Shown here in pieces: positions 10,518-21,152 of a stretch of DNA of 64,000 bases (the stretch's first letter is position 1; every line of letters begins with the position of its first letter). The stretch comes from Haemophilus parainfluenzae (GTDB lineage Bacteria > Pseudomonadota > Gammaproteobacteria > Enterobacterales > Pasteurellaceae): positions 176,771 through 240,770 of the forward strand of contig MKXX01000003.1 in NCBI GenBank assembly GCA_001914055.1. Direction: 5' to 3'. A model generated the notes under the pieces. It had not been told where the DNA came from. It searched no databases and saw nothing but the letters and a program-made list of their open reading frames with translations. The translations under genes were made by a program, and so were the position numbers.

Positions 10518-11750
10518 TTATCTTCTCGGTAAATATCTAACTGGATCGACAGATTTACCTTTATAACGGATCTCAAAGTGAAGTTTCACAGCATTGGTTC
10601 CTGTGCTACCCATTTTCGCAATCTCTTGACCCGCTTTCACTTCTTGTTGATCGCTCACAAGGATCTTGTCGTTGTGTGCATAAGCACTTAAGAAATCATC
10701 ATTATGTTTAATGATGATTAAGTTACCGTAGCCACGTAATGCGTTACCCGCATAAACAACACGACCGCTCGCCGCAGCTTTAACCGCTTGTCCGCGAGAA
10801 CCACTGATATCAATCCCTTTGTTACCACCATCAGAGTTAGAGAAACCTTGGATCACGTTGCCTTGTGTTGGCCATTGCCATGCTACATTCGATGCCACTG
10901 GTGCTACAACATTTGCATTAACTGGTGTATTGTTTGTGGTTTCCACTTGTGTTGTCGTTGTCACCGGTGTGCTAGGAGTATTGTTGGTAAACGCTGGTGT
11001 TGATGCGCCACCTGTTGCGACACCTGATTTAATTGGACCAATTACCGTACCATCAGAACCAATTTGCGTACCGTTTGCACCTGGTGTATAAGTCACTTCT
11101 GGCTCAGCAGGGGCTGCCGGTGCAGCTGGTGCTGTCGTTTTCACTGGTACAGTCGTAGTAACTGTTTTAGTTGAACAATTAGAAATTTTTAACGTTTGGC
11201 CCACACTTAAACTATAAGGCTCTTTCATATTATTCATGCTTGCCAAATCTTTCACGTCCATACCTGTCAAGTAAGCGATTAAGAACATGGTATCGCCTTT
11301 GTTTACTTTATAGGTATTTCCTTTGTATGAACCTTTTTGAATTTGGCTGTAATCCGGCGCATTGGTATTTGGATTACGCGGCACATTGATTGCGCCAGAG
11401 CTGGTGCAATCAGAAACCGTTTTGGTTACTGTTTTAGTCTGTGGTTGAACCGGTGCTGGAGCTGGCGTTGGTTTAGGCTGTGCTGCAGCAGGTTGTTGAA
11501 CCGGTTGATAAGTTGGTTGGAAACTTGGTTGTGGTGTTTGAGTTCCCGTTGGCACGCTATTGCCCATGGTATTTGGCATCGTATTTTGTTGGATTTCTGG
11601 CTGCCATGTACCGCTCGAATTATTATCAACAGGCTGCATTACACCCGGAGAAAGTGTGCCATCTACATTTTCAATTGGCGCAGGGCTATTTGAACTACAC
11701 GCCGTTAAAATAGCGATACTCACAGGGAGCAATAAAAACGATTTTTTCAT
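10518..11750 (-). CDS. nlpD: Murein hydrolase activator lipoprotein NlpD/LppB (LysM + M23 peptidase domains)
   Basis: 410 aa; lipobox LTAC; P/T/Q-rich linker; LysM ([17 protein letters not shown]...); C-terminal M23 domain; synteny surE-nlpD. Confidence 0.9.
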   Translation of the reverse strand: MKKSFLLLPVSIAILTACSSNSPAPIENVDGTLSPGVMQPVDNNSSGTWQPEIQQNTMPNTMGNSVPTGTQTPQPSFQPTYQPVQQPAAAQPKPTPAPAPVQPQTKTVTKTVSDCTSSGAINVPRNPNTNAPDYSQIQKGSYKGNTYKVNKGDTMFLIAYLTGMDVKDLASMNNMKEPYSLSVGQTLKISNCSTKTVTTTVPVKTTAPAAPAAPAEPEVTYTPGANGTQIGSDGTVIGPIKSGVATGGASTPAFTNNTPSTPVTTTTQVETTNNTPVNANVVAPVASNVAWQWPTQGNVIQGFSNSDGGNKGIDISGSRGQAVKAAASGRVVYAGNALRGYGNLIIIKHNDDFLSAYAHNDKILVSDQQEVKAGQEIAKMGSTGTNAVKLHFEIRYKGKSVDPVRYLPRR

Positions 11751-11773
11751 TTATTCTTCCTTTAACATTAAAT

Positions 11774-11974
11774 TTATTTCATTTGATTTGGCATCGAGTT
11801 CTTTTCAATTTCCGGCATAAAGCTACCACCGGCAACCGCTCCCGTTCCCTCTACGGGTTGCATAATACCATTAGGTAATGCATCGGGATCTTGTTTTTGT
11901 GGTTCTCCTGTACAAGCTGAGATCAGCAATGCACTCGAGATAATTAAGAGTAATTTATTCATAAAAAAGGTCAT
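11774..11974 (-). CDS. Small lipoprotein, paralogous to NlpD N-terminal region
   Basis: 66 aa (or 62 from MNKLLL); lipobox ISAC; MQPVEGTG...MPEIEKNSMPNQM mirrors NlpD MQPVDNNS...[13 protein letters not shown]. Confidence 0.5.
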   Translation of the reverse strand: MTFFMNKLLLIISSALLISACTGEPQKQDPDALPNGIMQPVEGTGAVAGGSFMPEIEKNSMPNQMK

Positions 11975-11978
11975 CCTG

Positions 11979-12554
11979 TTATTTTAAAATAAGATAAGCA
12001 ATCACAGCCAGAGCAACCACACTCCAACCAATGATTTCAATGGATTTACGTAATTTCGCGGCGAATTTCTCTCCGCCCCATGCAGCCAGTTTTGCGACTA
12101 AAATAAAACGAGCAAAACGCGATACAAATGCGGTTATCACAAAGGGGATAAACGCCATTTGCATCACGCCTGCGCAAATGGTGAAAACTTTATAAGGAAT
12201 CGGGCTAAAACCGGCAACAAAGACCACTAAAATGCCCCATTCTTTAAACCACGCCATAGCTTGTTCCCAAGCGGCTTGGTAACCCCATTGCTGAATATAA
12301 CCTTGAACCCAATCAAAAGCATAATAGCCGATAGCATAACCAATCATTCCACCGACAACCGAAGCAATCGTGGTATAAAGTGCAAAACGAAATGCACTTT
12401 TCGGTTTTGACATTGACATCGGAATCAACATCACATCTGGTGGAACAGGGAAAAAAATAGCCTCAATAAAACTTACAAAGGATAACCAAAACACGGCAAA
12501 GCGATGTTTTGACCATTGCATTGTTTTATCATACATCGCACCAAAAATATTCAT
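11979..12554 (-). CDS. YqaA/DedA-family inner membrane protein
   Basis: 191 aa; about 5 TM segments; IEAIFFPVPPDVMLIP motif typical of the DedA/YqaA (SNARE-associated) family. Confidence 0.65.
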   Translation of the reverse strand: MNIFGAMYDKTMQWSKHRFAVFWLSFVSFIEAIFFPVPPDVMLIPMSMSKPKSAFRFALYTTIASVVGGMIGYAIGYYAFDWVQGYIQQWGYQAAWEQAMAWFKEWGILVVFVAGFSPIPYKVFTICAGVMQMAFIPFVITAFVSRFARFILVAKLAAWGGEKFAAKLRKSIEIIGWSVVALAVIAYLILK

Positions 12555-12605
12555 TCACTTATCCTTTATTGCTTCAATAGGGAAAATTCGTTTCAAAACG
12601 GCACA

Positions 12606-13346
12606 TTATTCACTTTCCAGCCAATCTTGTAAAGCAGCAATTGACTGATGAGCCGTAAGATCCGCTTGAATTGGCGTAATGGCAACATAACCATTTTTTA
12701 CCGCATGAAAATCTGTACCTTCACCATCATATTCTGGCAAGCCTGACGGGCCAATCCAATAAATATTTTCGCCACGAGGATCTTCTTGTTTAATCACTTC
12801 TGCAGCGGATGAGCGATAACCTAAATGACAGACTTTGATGCCTTTAAGCTCTTCGTAAGGCAAATCTGGCACATTGATATTGATCACTTCGCGTTTATTC
12901 AATAATTGAGGATGTAATTTCGGAATTAAATCACACACTACACGAGCCGCTGTTTCATAATGCAAACGACCATCTAAAGATACCGCAATAGCTGGCAACC
13001 CTAAATGTCGGCCTTCCAATGCTGCAGCCAAAGTACCTGAATAAATCGTATCATCCCCCATATTGCAACCCGCGTTAATACCTGATACGACAAGATCCAC
13101 TTGTCCAGATAAAAAACCGTTTAGTGCCAAATGCACACAATCAGCCGGTGTGCCATTCACGCAATAATCACCACTGTCTAAATGACGAGGGCGAAGCGGC
13201 TCAACAAGCGTTAATGAACTTGATGCCGCGCTACGATTACGATCGGGCGCAACGATCACCACATCGGCAATTTTTCGTAATTCTTTTGCTAAAACTTGAA
13301 TCCCTTCGGCGTGAAAACCGTCATCATTGCTGACTAAAATTCGCAT
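12606..13346 (-). CDS. surE: 5'/3'-nucleotidase SurE
   Basis: 246 aa; [11 protein letters not shown] metal-binding N-terminus. Confidence 0.95.
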   Translation of the reverse strand: MRILVSNDDGFHAEGIQVLAKELRKIADVVIVAPDRNRSAASSSLTLVEPLRPRHLDSGDYCVNGTPADCVHLALNGFLSGQVDLVVSGINAGCNMGDDTIYSGTLAAALEGRHLGLPAIAVSLDGRLHYETAARVVCDLIPKLHPQLLNKREVININVPDLPYEELKGIKVCHLGYRSSAAEVIKQEDPRGENIYWIGPSGLPEYDGEGTDFHAVKNGYVAITPIQADLTAHQSIAALQDWLESE

Positions 13347-14368
13347 TATTCTTCTTCCTTAATATTCACTAACTCTCGCACCAATGCAGTGGCATAACTC
13401 CCTGCCGGCAAATAAAATGAGAGCTTCAATCCTTCTTCAACAAACGTCCAGTGGAAATCTTTTGCCTGCATCAATAAAGGGCGACGAGCGGCTTTCATTC
13501 TTTCTTGTTTCATTAATTCTTGGAAAATCTGATGTTCCAAAACGACTTTATTTTCGACCGCACTTGCAGATAAATTTTCTTCGCCAATTAAAGGCGCAGT
13601 GAGCAAAATATCTTGTTCGTTCAAACGTTGCTGTAAGACCACTAAATCTTCATTTTCATCAGCCTTAAACCAACTGTGCGATCCGTTTAATTGCACAATA
13701 TCGTCTCTTAGAACCTGATCTGCCACATTTTGTTCAATTCGTTCTGCTACAACTAAATTAAAAATTTCGCTGCGAGCAGCTGAAAGGTAAAAACTGCGTT
13801 TTTTACGATCTTTGACCTTAATCTCCCCTTTAGCCCAACGAATCGCTTGAGTCAGGTTATGCCCATCACGCCCAAAACGTTGTTCAGTGAAGTAGTTAGG
13901 GAAACCATATTTCGCCACAAAATTTAAGCGTTCATTCAACTCATCACTTTCTTTTGCACCGCGCAATAAAATCTCAAAGTCATTTCCTTGAAGACTCCCC
14001 GTACGAATTTTACGATTGTGGCGAGTGACGTCTAAAATCTCGACGCCTTCCAACTTAAATTGGCTAAAATCTGGCGTTTCCTTCCCCGGCATTTGTAAAC
14101 AAAACCATTGTTCCGTAATGCCATGACGATCTTTTAAACCGGCATACCCCATATTTCGCTCAGAAACACCCGCAAACTTGGCAAGTTTTTCGCCCACAAA
14201 CAACGTATTACAATCAGTTTTACGGATTTTTACCGCCACAAATTCGCCTTCGCCTGACATTTCATAGCCAAGATCTTCTTTAACAATAAAATCAGAGAAC
14301 GCTTGCTTTAAAAGTGCGGTTGATTTTGGCGGTGTTTTTAAGGTGAAATAAGGGAGATGTTTGACCAT
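13346..14368 (-). CDS. truD: tRNA pseudouridine(13) synthase TruD
   Basis: ORF 13346..14446; likely start MVKHLPYF at 14368; [17 protein letters not shown] TruD motif; truD-surE-nlpD synteny as in E. coli. Confidence 0.9.
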   Translation of the reverse strand: MVKHLPYFTLKTPPKSTALLKQAFSDFIVKEDLGYEMSGEGEFVAVKIRKTDCNTLFVGEKLAKFAGVSERNMGYAGLKDRHGITEQWFCLQMPGKETPDFSQFKLEGVEILDVTRHNRKIRTGSLQGNDFEILLRGAKESDELNERLNFVAKYGFPNYFTEQRFGRDGHNLTQAIRWAKGEIKVKDRKKRSFYLSAARSEIFNLVVAERIEQNVADQVLRDDIVQLNGSHSWFKADENEDLVVLQQRLNEQDILLTAPLIGEENLSASAVENKVVLEHQIFQELMKQERMKAARRPLLMQAKDFHWTFVEEGLKLSFYLPAGSYATALVRELVNIKEEE

Positions 14369-14573
14369 TTTTTTCGTTCTAAAATAAGAAAGCCCAACTT
14401 TTTCGCTGCAATAAATAGCGTGATCAGCTGGGCATGTTAAGCACAATTTATTCGCGCAGAATTTTAACCTTTCCGCCCCCTCAAGGCAAACTGAAATGAG
14501 AATAAATTTTTAGCGACATTTTCATCTTTATCCCCTACAATGACCGCACTTTTTCTGACAAAAGGAATGCCTT

Positions 14574-15002
14574 ATGACGAACTTTAACGAACTCCAAGAA
14601 GAAACCCGTGAAATCATTACGGATTTATTAAATGACGGCAGCGATCCGGATGCCCTTTATATTATCGAACATCACATCGCTCATTATGATTTTGATACAT
14701 TAGAAAAAATTGCCGTGGATGCTTTCAAAGCAGGCTATGAAGTGTCAGAAGCAGAAGAATTTGAAGATGAAAATGGCAAGGTGATTTTCTGCTTTGACAT
14801 CATCAGTGAAGTAGAATTAAAGCCCGAAATTATCGATGCACAGCAAAAAGAAATTCTGCCATTAGTGGAAAAATACAAAGGTATTTATGATGGCTGGGGC
14901 ACGTATTTTGAAGATCCGAATGCGGAAGATGATGAATACGGCGATGATGGCGAATTTTTTGACGATGAAGATGTCGAAGACGACAACGAACGTTTACATT
15001 AA
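14574..15002 (+). CDS. rraB: RNase E inhibitor RraB
   Basis: 142 aa; highly acidic; collinear with E. coli RraB/YjgD (DPDALY.IEHH..., [10 protein letters not shown]). Confidence 0.85.
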   Translation: MTNFNELQEETREIITDLLNDGSDPDALYIIEHHIAHYDFDTLEKIAVDAFKAGYEVSEAEEFEDENGKVIFCFDIISEVELKPEIIDAQQKEILPLVEKYKGIYDGWGTYFEDPNAEDDEYGDDGEFFDDEDVEDDNERLH

Positions 15003-15064
15003 TAATAACAAAGGGCGCGTTAAACCGCCCTTAATTTTTATCTTACCCAAATAGGAATGAAACA

Positions 15065-15778
15065 ATGAAACTCAAAGCGCTTTCTTTAGCATTACTTGCC
15101 TTGCCTATCACTTCTTTTGCAGCAGAGCCCGTATCTCATCAGCCAACGGATGTCAGCTTTAGTGTTGAAGCTGAAAGAGAGGTAGAACGCGATTTATTGC
15201 AAGTGTCTCTTTTTTACCAAGCGGAAGGCAATGATTTATCCGCGCTCAATAAAACCATGGCAGAAAAAATGAATAAAGCCATTGAGTTAGCAAAAGCACA
15301 AAGTGCGGTTGAAATTAAAGATAATTCTCGCAATACCTGGATTCGCTATGACAATAAAGGCAAACAACAAGGCTGGATTGCGCGTGCAGAATTAACCTTA
15401 GAAAGTAAAGATTCTCAAGCATTATCAACCTTAGTACATGAATTAGATGGCGTATTAGCCATTGATCGCGTAAGCGCTTCTGTTTCACGTGAGAAATTAA
15501 ATAGCTTAGAAAAAGAATTAACCAAAGAAGCTTTAGCAAAAGTTAAAGATAAAGCCCTATTAATTCAAGAATCTTTGCAGATGAAAGGTTATCACACACA
15601 AAGCCTTGATGTGTCTTCTGCCAATGATTCCGCGAATGATTTTCGCCCTTATGCCGCAGGGGCAATGATGGCAAAAAGTTTATCTTACTCGGATGAAAAA
15701 GATGAAACTTACACTCAAAGTGGTAAAGAGAAAATTAAAGTCAGTGTGAATGCGCGAATTGCATTGCTTAAAGAATAA
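15065..15778 (+). CDS. SIMPL-domain (DUF541, YggE-like) periplasmic protein
   Basis: 237 aa; signal peptide MKLKALSLALLALPITSFA; SIMPL-like composition. Confidence 0.6.
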   Translation: MKLKALSLALLALPITSFAAEPVSHQPTDVSFSVEAEREVERDLLQVSLFYQAEGNDLSALNKTMAEKMNKAIELAKAQSAVEIKDNSRNTWIRYDNKGKQQGWIARAELTLESKDSQALSTLVHELDGVLAIDRVSASVSREKLNSLEKELTKEALAKVKDKALLIQESLQMKGYHTQSLDVSSANDSANDFRPYAAGAMMAKSLSYSDEKDETYTQSGKEKIKVSVNARIALLKE

Positions 15779-15819
15779 TTTTCTATACAATGAATGACGA
15801 TTTTTTTAATAAGGAAAAC

Positions 15820-16461
15820 AATATGAAAGTAGCAAAAAATACGGTTGTGAGTATTGCTTACCAAGTACGTACTCAAGACGGTGTATTAGTTGATGAAGCA
15901 CCAGCAAATCAACCATTAGAATATTTACAAGGCCACAATAACTTAATCATTGGTCTTGAAAATGCCTTAGAAGGTAAAGAAGTTGGCGACAAATTTGAAG
16001 TGCGTGTTCAACCTGAAGAAGGCTACGGCGAATACAATGAAAATATGGTTCAACGTGTACCAAAAGATGTATTCCAAGGCGTTGATGAAGTCGTTGTTGG
16101 TATGCGTTTCTTAGCTGACACAGATATTGGCCCGGTTCCTGTTGTGATCACGGAAGTGGATGGCGATGAAGTGGTAGTTGATGGTAACCATATGTTAGCG
16201 GGTCAAGAATTACACTTCACTGTGGAAGTTGTTGGCACTCGTGAAGCAACATTAGAAGAAATTGCTCACGGTCACGTACATGGCGCACATGATCACCACC
16301 ACCATCATGATGACGAAGATGGTCACGGTTGTGGTTGCGGCGGTCACGGTCATCATCACCATGATCACGATCATGGACACGGTGGTTGCTGTGGCGGTGG
16401 TCATAAACACGATCATGATCACGGACACGGTCATGGAGGCTGTGGTTGCGGCGGTCACTAA
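15820..16461 (+). CDS. slyD: FKBP-type peptidyl-prolyl isomerase/metallochaperone SlyD with extended His/Cys-rich tail
   Basis: Start MKVAKNTVVSIAYQVRTQDG; FKBP + IF domains; about 65-residue C-terminal tail made of H, D, G, C (HHHHHDDEDGHGCGCGGHGHHHH...). Confidence 0.9.
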   Translation, partial: NMKVAKNTVVSIAYQVRTQDGVLVDEAPANQPLEYLQGHNNLIIGLENALEGKEVGDKFEVRVQPEEGYGEYNENMVQRVPKDVFQGVDEVVVGMRFLADTDIGPVPVVITEVDGDEVVVDGNHMLAGQELHFTVEVVGTREATLEEIAHGHVHGAHDHHHHHDDEDGHGCGCGGHGHHHHDHDHGHGGCCGGGHKHDHDHGHGHGGCGCGGH

Positions 16462-16490
16462 TCTTAATCTAGAGATAAAACTAGAGATAG

Positions 16491-16523
16491 AAAAAGTGCG
16501 GTTAAAAATAACCGCACTTTTTC
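16491..16523. terminator. Bidirectional USS-pair terminator between slyD and hslU
   Basis: aaaaagtgcggttaaaaataaccgcactttttc. Confidence 0.7.
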
Positions 16524-16539
16524 TTTATCTAAACTTTCA

Positions 16540-17874
16540 TTACAGAATGAATCGACTTAAATCTTCATTCTCAATCACTTCGCCTAATGCCTCACTCACA
16601 TAAGCCGCATCAATATTCACGGTTTGTCCGTTCATATCGCTCGCATCAAATGAGATTTTATCCATTAAACGTTCCATAACGGTATGTAAACGTCTTGCAC
16701 CGATATTCTCCGTTTTCTCATTCACTCGGAATGCAGCTTCGGCAATCTTCTTAATGGCATCTTGTGTAAATTCAATGCTCACGCCTTCTGTCGCCATAAG
16801 CGCTTTATATTGCTCCGTTAAAGACGCATTTGGCTCAGTTAGAATACGCTCAAAATCCTCTGCCGTTAATGCTGATAATTCAACACGAATCGGCAAACGA
16901 CCTTGCAACTCTGGGATTAAATCCGATGGACGCGCCACTTGGAATGCGCCCGATGCAATAAAGAGAATATGATCGGTTTTCACCATCCCGTGTTTCGTAT
17001 TAACAGTTGAACCTTCCACTAATGGCAATAAGTCACGTTGCACACCTTCACGAGAAACATCGGCACCACTGTATTCGCCTTTTTTACAGATCTTGTCGAT
17101 CTCATCAATAAACACGATACCATTTTGCTCAACGGCATCGATGGCTTTTTGTTTCAATTCTTCCGGATTAATCAATTTGGCCGCTTCATCGTCAATTAAG
17201 GTTTTTAATGCATCCTTAATTTTCATTTTGCGTTTTTTGGTTTTATCCGAACCCAGGCTTTGGAACATGGATTGCAACTGATTAGTCATTTCTTCCATGC
17301 CTGGAGGTGCCATGATTTCCACACCCATTGAAACGCCTGCAGACACATCAATTTCGATTTCTTTATCGTCTAATTGTCCTTCACGTAATTTTTTACGGAA
17401 CGCTTGGCGAGTGCTGCTGTTGGTGTCGTGGTTTTCGACTTCACCCCATTGATTTTTCGGTGGGGGCAATAATGCATCTAAAATACGATCTTCCGCCGCA
17501 TCTTCTGCTTTCGCACGATTTTTCGCAATTTCTTGTTGGCGAACTAATTTCATCGCACTGTCCGTTAAATCACGGATAATGGAATCCACTTCTTTCCCCA
17601 CATAGCCCACTTCGGTGAACTTGGTTGCTTCCACTTTAATGAATGGTGCATTAGCTAATTTTGCAAGACGACGCGCAATCTCGGTTTTACCCACGCCCGT
17701 TGGTCCAATCATTAAAATATTTTTAGGGGTGACTTCATGGCGAAGTGGTTCTTGCAACTGCATTCTTCTCCAACGGTTACGCAACGCGATCGCAACTGCT
17801 CTTTTCGCCTCTTTTTGGCCGATAATATGTTGATCTAATTCGGAAACAATTTCACGAGGGGTCATTTCAGACAT
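16540..17874 (-). CDS. hslU: ATP-dependent protease ATPase subunit HslU
   Basis: 444 aa; Walker [16 protein letters not shown]; AAA+ ClpY family. Confidence 0.95.
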   Translation of the reverse strand: MSEMTPREIVSELDQHIIGQKEAKRAVAIALRNRWRRMQLQEPLRHEVTPKNILMIGPTGVGKTEIARRLAKLANAPFIKVEATKFTEVGYVGKEVDSIIRDLTDSAMKLVRQQEIAKNRAKAEDAAEDRILDALLPPPKNQWGEVENHDTNSSTRQAFRKKLREGQLDDKEIEIDVSAGVSMGVEIMAPPGMEEMTNQLQSMFQSLGSDKTKKRKMKIKDALKTLIDDEAAKLINPEELKQKAIDAVEQNGIVFIDEIDKICKKGEYSGADVSREGVQRDLLPLVEGSTVNTKHGMVKTDHILFIASGAFQVARPSDLIPELQGRLPIRVELSALTAEDFERILTEPNASLTEQYKALMATEGVSIEFTQDAIKKIAEAAFRVNEKTENIGARRLHTVMERLMDKISFDASDMNGQTVNIDAAYVSEALGEVIENEDLSRFIL

Positions 17875-17883
17875 AATTTTTCC

Positions 17884-18414
17884 TTATTTATTCGGTAATT
17901 CTTCAATAGTGAAATTTGTATTGGTAAACACGCAAATATCACCGGCAATTTTTAAAGATTTTTCCACAATTTCGCGTGCTGATAAATCGGTATTTTCCAC
18001 CAATGCACGAGCGGCCGACAACGCATAATTACCGCCGGAACCGATAGCAAGAATTTGATCTTCTTCCGGTTGTACCACATCACCAATACCGGTAATGATT
18101 AAACTTTCTTTTTCATCCGCCACAATCAGCATCGCTTCTAACTTGCGTAACGCACGATCGGTTCGCCAATCTTTGGCTAATTCCACCGCGGCTTTTAACA
18201 AATGCCCTTGATGCATTTCTAATTTACGCTCAAATAATTCAAATAAAGTGAACGCATCAGCTGTGCCGCCTGCGAAACCGGCTAGAACTTTGCCATTATA
18301 TAAACGGCGTACTTTGCGGGCATTCCCCTTCATCACTGTATTGCCTAGTGAAACCTGTCCATCGCCCCCAACAACTACTTGGCCATTACGACGTACGCTT
18401 ACAATTGTTGTCAT
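17884..18414 (-). CDS. hslV: ATP-dependent protease subunit HslV
   Basis: 176 aa; N-terminal [11 protein letters not shown] with catalytic Thr2. Confidence 0.95.
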   Translation of the reverse strand: MTTIVSVRRNGQVVVGGDGQVSLGNTVMKGNARKVRRLYNGKVLAGFAGGTADAFTLFELFERKLEMHQGHLLKAAVELAKDWRTDRALRKLEAMLIVADEKESLIITGIGDVVQPEEDQILAIGSGGNYALSAARALVENTDLSAREIVEKSLKIAGDICVFTNTNFTIEELPNK

Positions 18415-18448
18415 TCTTTTTATCCTTCTTTTAAGAAAAGTTACTCGT

Positions 18449-18485
18449 TATATGGCGATCGATTCCACCAAATTCAAGGGGAAAT
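18449..18485 (-). promoter_or_regulatory. Candidate sigma32 heat-shock promoter for hslVU
   Basis: Minus strand reads tttCCCCTTGAA-15nt-cgCCATATa, resembling the sigma32 consensus CCCTTGAA-N13-15-CCCCATNT, about 40-70 bp upstream of hslV. Confidence 0.5.
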
Positions 18486-18525
18486 TTTTCTTTGATGTTT
18501 TATTAAACAACCATCTCAAAAAAAA

Positions 18526-18541
18526 TGTGACAAAGATCACC
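18526..18541. promoter_or_regulatory. CRP-box-like site upstream of aphA
   Basis: TGTGACAAAGATCACC (TGTGA-N6-TCAC); centre about 43 bp upstream of a candidate TATTAT -10 at 18565-18570 (class II geometry), 95-110 bp before aphA ATG. Confidence 0.45.
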
Positions 18542-18635
18542 TTTTTAAATAGCAAACGATTGCTATTATTTTACACCTTTATTTTAAAGGAATATGATTT
18601 GTTACAAGTAAAACAAACTACTTAATGAGGAAAAC

Positions 18636-19343
18636 ATGAAAAATTTACTTAAACTTTCTGCCATTGCAATTTTAGCGGCAAGCGCAGTCTCTACTTTTGC
18701 ATCAAACAAAGAACCTTACACTGAACAAGGTACAAATGCTCGTGAAATGACAGAGCAAAAACCGATTCACTGGATCTCTGTTGAGCAGTTGAAAAAAGAA
18801 TTGGAAGGTAAAGCACCCATTAATGTGAGCTTCGACATTGACGATACTGTACTTTTCAGTAGCCCTTGTTTCTATCACGGCCAAGAAAAATACTCTCCAG
18901 GTAAAAATGATTACTTAAAAAATCAAGATTTCTGGAATGAAGTGAATGCAGGTTGTGACCAATATTCCATTCCAAAACAAATTGCGGTGGATTTAATTAA
19001 TATGCACCAAGCACGTGGTGACCAAATTTATTTTATTACCGGTCGTACAGCGGGTGATAAAGATGGTGTGACACCAGTGCTACAAAAAGCCTTTAATATT
19101 AAAGACATGCACCCTGTAGAATTCATGGGCGGTCGCAAACTTCCAACTAAATATAACAAAACACCTGGTATTATTGAGCACAAAGTGAGTATTCACTATG
19201 GTGACAGCGATGACGATATCCTCGCAGCAAAAGAAGCTGGTATCCGTGGTATTCGTTTAATGCGTGCTGCTAACTCCACTTATCAACCAATGCCAACCCT
19301 TGGTGGCTACGGTGAAGAAGTATTGATTAACTCAAACTACTAA
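18636..19343 (+). CDS. aphA: Class B acid phosphatase AphA
   Basis: 235 aa; signal peptide; FDIDDTVLFSSP (DDDD motif) and YGDSDDDI; collinear with E. coli AphA. Confidence 0.9.
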   Translation: MKNLLKLSAIAILAASAVSTFASNKEPYTEQGTNAREMTEQKPIHWISVEQLKKELEGKAPINVSFDIDDTVLFSSPCFYHGQEKYSPGKNDYLKNQDFWNEVNAGCDQYSIPKQIAVDLINMHQARGDQIYFITGRTAGDKDGVTPVLQKAFNIKDMHPVEFMGGRKLPTKYNKTPGIIEHKVSIHYGDSDDDILAAKEAGIRGIRLMRAANSTYQPMPTLGGYGEEVLINSNY

Positions 19344-19350
19344 TCTTCCT

Positions 19351-19382
19351 AAAAAGTGCGGTTATTTTTGACCGCACTTTTC
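19351..19382 (+). terminator. USS-pair terminator after aphA
   Basis: aaaaagtgcggttatttttgaccgcacttttc. Confidence 0.65.
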
Positions 19383-19459
19383 TTATCTAATTAACAATCT
19401 TAATTTTTAAAAAGTTTCTGGGAATATGCTAAAATTTTTGCGTTTCTAGGAGCCTATTT

Positions 19460-21070
19460 ATGTCAGAACTCACGTCTAATCAATATTTAATTATCATTGC
19501 CGTGCTGGTTTTTATCAGTATTGTGATGCTTTTTCTATTAAGCCGCAGCAAACGAGATACGCAAGAATTACAACAAGATCTCAATAAAACTATCGAAGAT
19601 TACAATCAATTAGCGGAGCGTTTTGATTCTTTAAGTGCGGTCAAAAATCAATTAGAACAACAAGCCGTTAAAGCACAAACTCATGCAGAAGGTTTGCAAA
19701 CTCGCCTGAATGAACGTGATGAAAAAATCCAATATTTAGAAAAAGAATTGGATGAAGAACAGCTCCGTCATGATCAAATTGGCGGGCAAATCACCGCATT
19801 AAAAGAACGTTTTGGGATTGCATCCGCTCAAGCCGAAAGCTTGCAAGGTCAATTACAACAAGCTCAGGAAAATCTACTTAGAAAAGAACAAGAGCAGCAA
19901 AAAACGCAGGAAAAATTGACCGCACTCTCACAAGAATTAACAGAATTAAAAACGACGCTTTCTGAAAAAGAAAAACATTTTGCTGAACAGCAACAGCATA
20001 TTGAGCAATCCAAACAACAGCTTGGTGTGGAATTCCAAAATCTGGCCAACCGTATTTTGGAAGAAAAAAGCCAATCCTTTAATCAAACCAATCAAACCGC
20101 ATTGGAAATCTTGTTGAAGCCTTTCCGTGAACAAATCGAAGGCTTTCAAAAACGAGTCAATGAAATCCATTCGGAATCGGTGAAAGGCAATGCGGGTTTA
20201 GAAGCGGAAATCAAAAAGGTGTTGGAAATTGGCTTAAACATGTCGAAAGAAGCCAATAATTTAACCTCTGCACTAAAAGGTGAAAAGAAAACCTTAGGTA
20301 ACTGGGGAGAAGTGCAACTTGAGCGTGCACTTCAGTTGGCTGGTTTAATTGAGAACGTGCATTACAGTGCACAAGCCCATTTTAAAGATGAGCAAGGCGG
20401 TCGAAACTATCCTGATTTTGTGCTGAATCTGCCCGATGAAAAAAACATTATCATTGATAGCAAAATGTCATTGAATGCTTATGAAAGTGCGGTCAATTCT
20501 GAGGATGAATTTGAACGTGAGCGTTTACTAAGGGAGCATATTAAAGCCCTGAAAAATCACATTGATGACTTGCACCGCAAGGATTACAGCAATTTGATTG
20601 GCATGCGCAGCCCTAATTTTGTCTTGATGTTCATCGCTGTAGAACCCGCTTATATTGAAGCCTTAAAATTAGACCCAAGTCTGTTTAATTATGGGTATGA
20701 GAAAAATGTCATTATGGTTTCACACACAACTCTCATGCCAATTTTACGCACAGTGGCAAATTTATGGCGTATCGAACGAGGTAATGCTGAGGCGAAAGAA
20801 ATCGCAGAAAAAGCAGGCGAAATTTACAACCAGATTTGCTTGGTAGCAGAACGTTTGAGCAAACTGGGCAATACCCTTTCCACCGTAAGTAATCAATATA
20901 ACAGTACTGTTACCGCTCTTGTGGGCCAACAAGGTTTAGTGGGGAAAGTAGAGCGATTTAAAGACTTGTCAGCGAAGGCTAACAAGAGCATGCCAAACGT
21001 TGAATTGCTCAATAATGACGTGGATTTAACGCGACTCTCCCTTATCACTACCGAGAACGGGGTAAAATAA
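19460..21070 (+). CDS. rmuC: DNA recombination protein RmuC
   Basis: 536 aa; N-terminal TM; long Q/E-rich coiled coil; conserved RmuC C-terminal domain. Confidence 0.85.
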   Translation: MSELTSNQYLIIIAVLVFISIVMLFLLSRSKRDTQELQQDLNKTIEDYNQLAERFDSLSAVKNQLEQQAVKAQTHAEGLQTRLNERDEKIQYLEKELDEEQLRHDQIGGQITALKERFGIASAQAESLQGQLQQAQENLLRKEQEQQKTQEKLTALSQELTELKTTLSEKEKHFAEQQQHIEQSKQQLGVEFQNLANRILEEKSQSFNQTNQTALEILLKPFREQIEGFQKRVNEIHSESVKGNAGLEAEIKKVLEIGLNMSKEANNLTSALKGEKKTLGNWGEVQLERALQLAGLIENVHYSAQAHFKDEQGGRNYPDFVLNLPDEKNIIIDSKMSLNAYESAVNSEDEFERERLLREHIKALKNHIDDLHRKDYSNLIGMRSPNFVLMFIAVEPAYIEALKLDPSLFNYGYEKNVIMVSHTTLMPILRTVANLWRIERGNAEAKEIAEKAGEIYNQICLVAERLSKLGNTLSTVSNQYNSTVTALVGQQGLVGKVERFKDLSAKANKSMPNVELLNNDVDLTRLSLITTENGVK

Positions 21071-21095
21071 AGCATACCTGTTGAATTTTTCTTTA

Positions 21096-21125
21096 AAAGC
21101 GGCTATTTTCTTGCCGCTTTTTTAT
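21096..21125 (+). terminator. Terminator after rmuC
   Basis: AAAAGCGGC-tattttctt-GCCGCTTTTTT. Confidence 0.6.
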
Positions 21126-21152
21126 TTGAATTTTTTATTTGTGGGGAATTTT

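Noticed and set aside
11080-11470. Repetitive Pro/Ala/Thr/Gln DNA in nlpD that resembles a tandem repeat or possible phase-variable tract
   Set aside because: It is a low-complexity linker, not a perfect tandem nucleotide repeat, and no homopolymeric or tetranucleotide slip tract is present. The same holds for the ftsY acidic domain and the rmuC coiled coil.
10788-11820. Cys/Trp-rich ORFs overlapping nlpD on both strands
   Set aside because: Products of the Pro/Thr/Gln-rich linker codons of NlpD read in other frames, not genes.
16252-16603. ORFs on both strands across the slyD 3' end (16252-16458 minus, 16262-16603 plus) with odd T/V/M-rich or His-codon-derived proteins
   Set aside because: Artefacts of the repetitive CAT/CAC/GGT codons of the SlyD His-rich tail. 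The proteins are low complexity and have no RBS.
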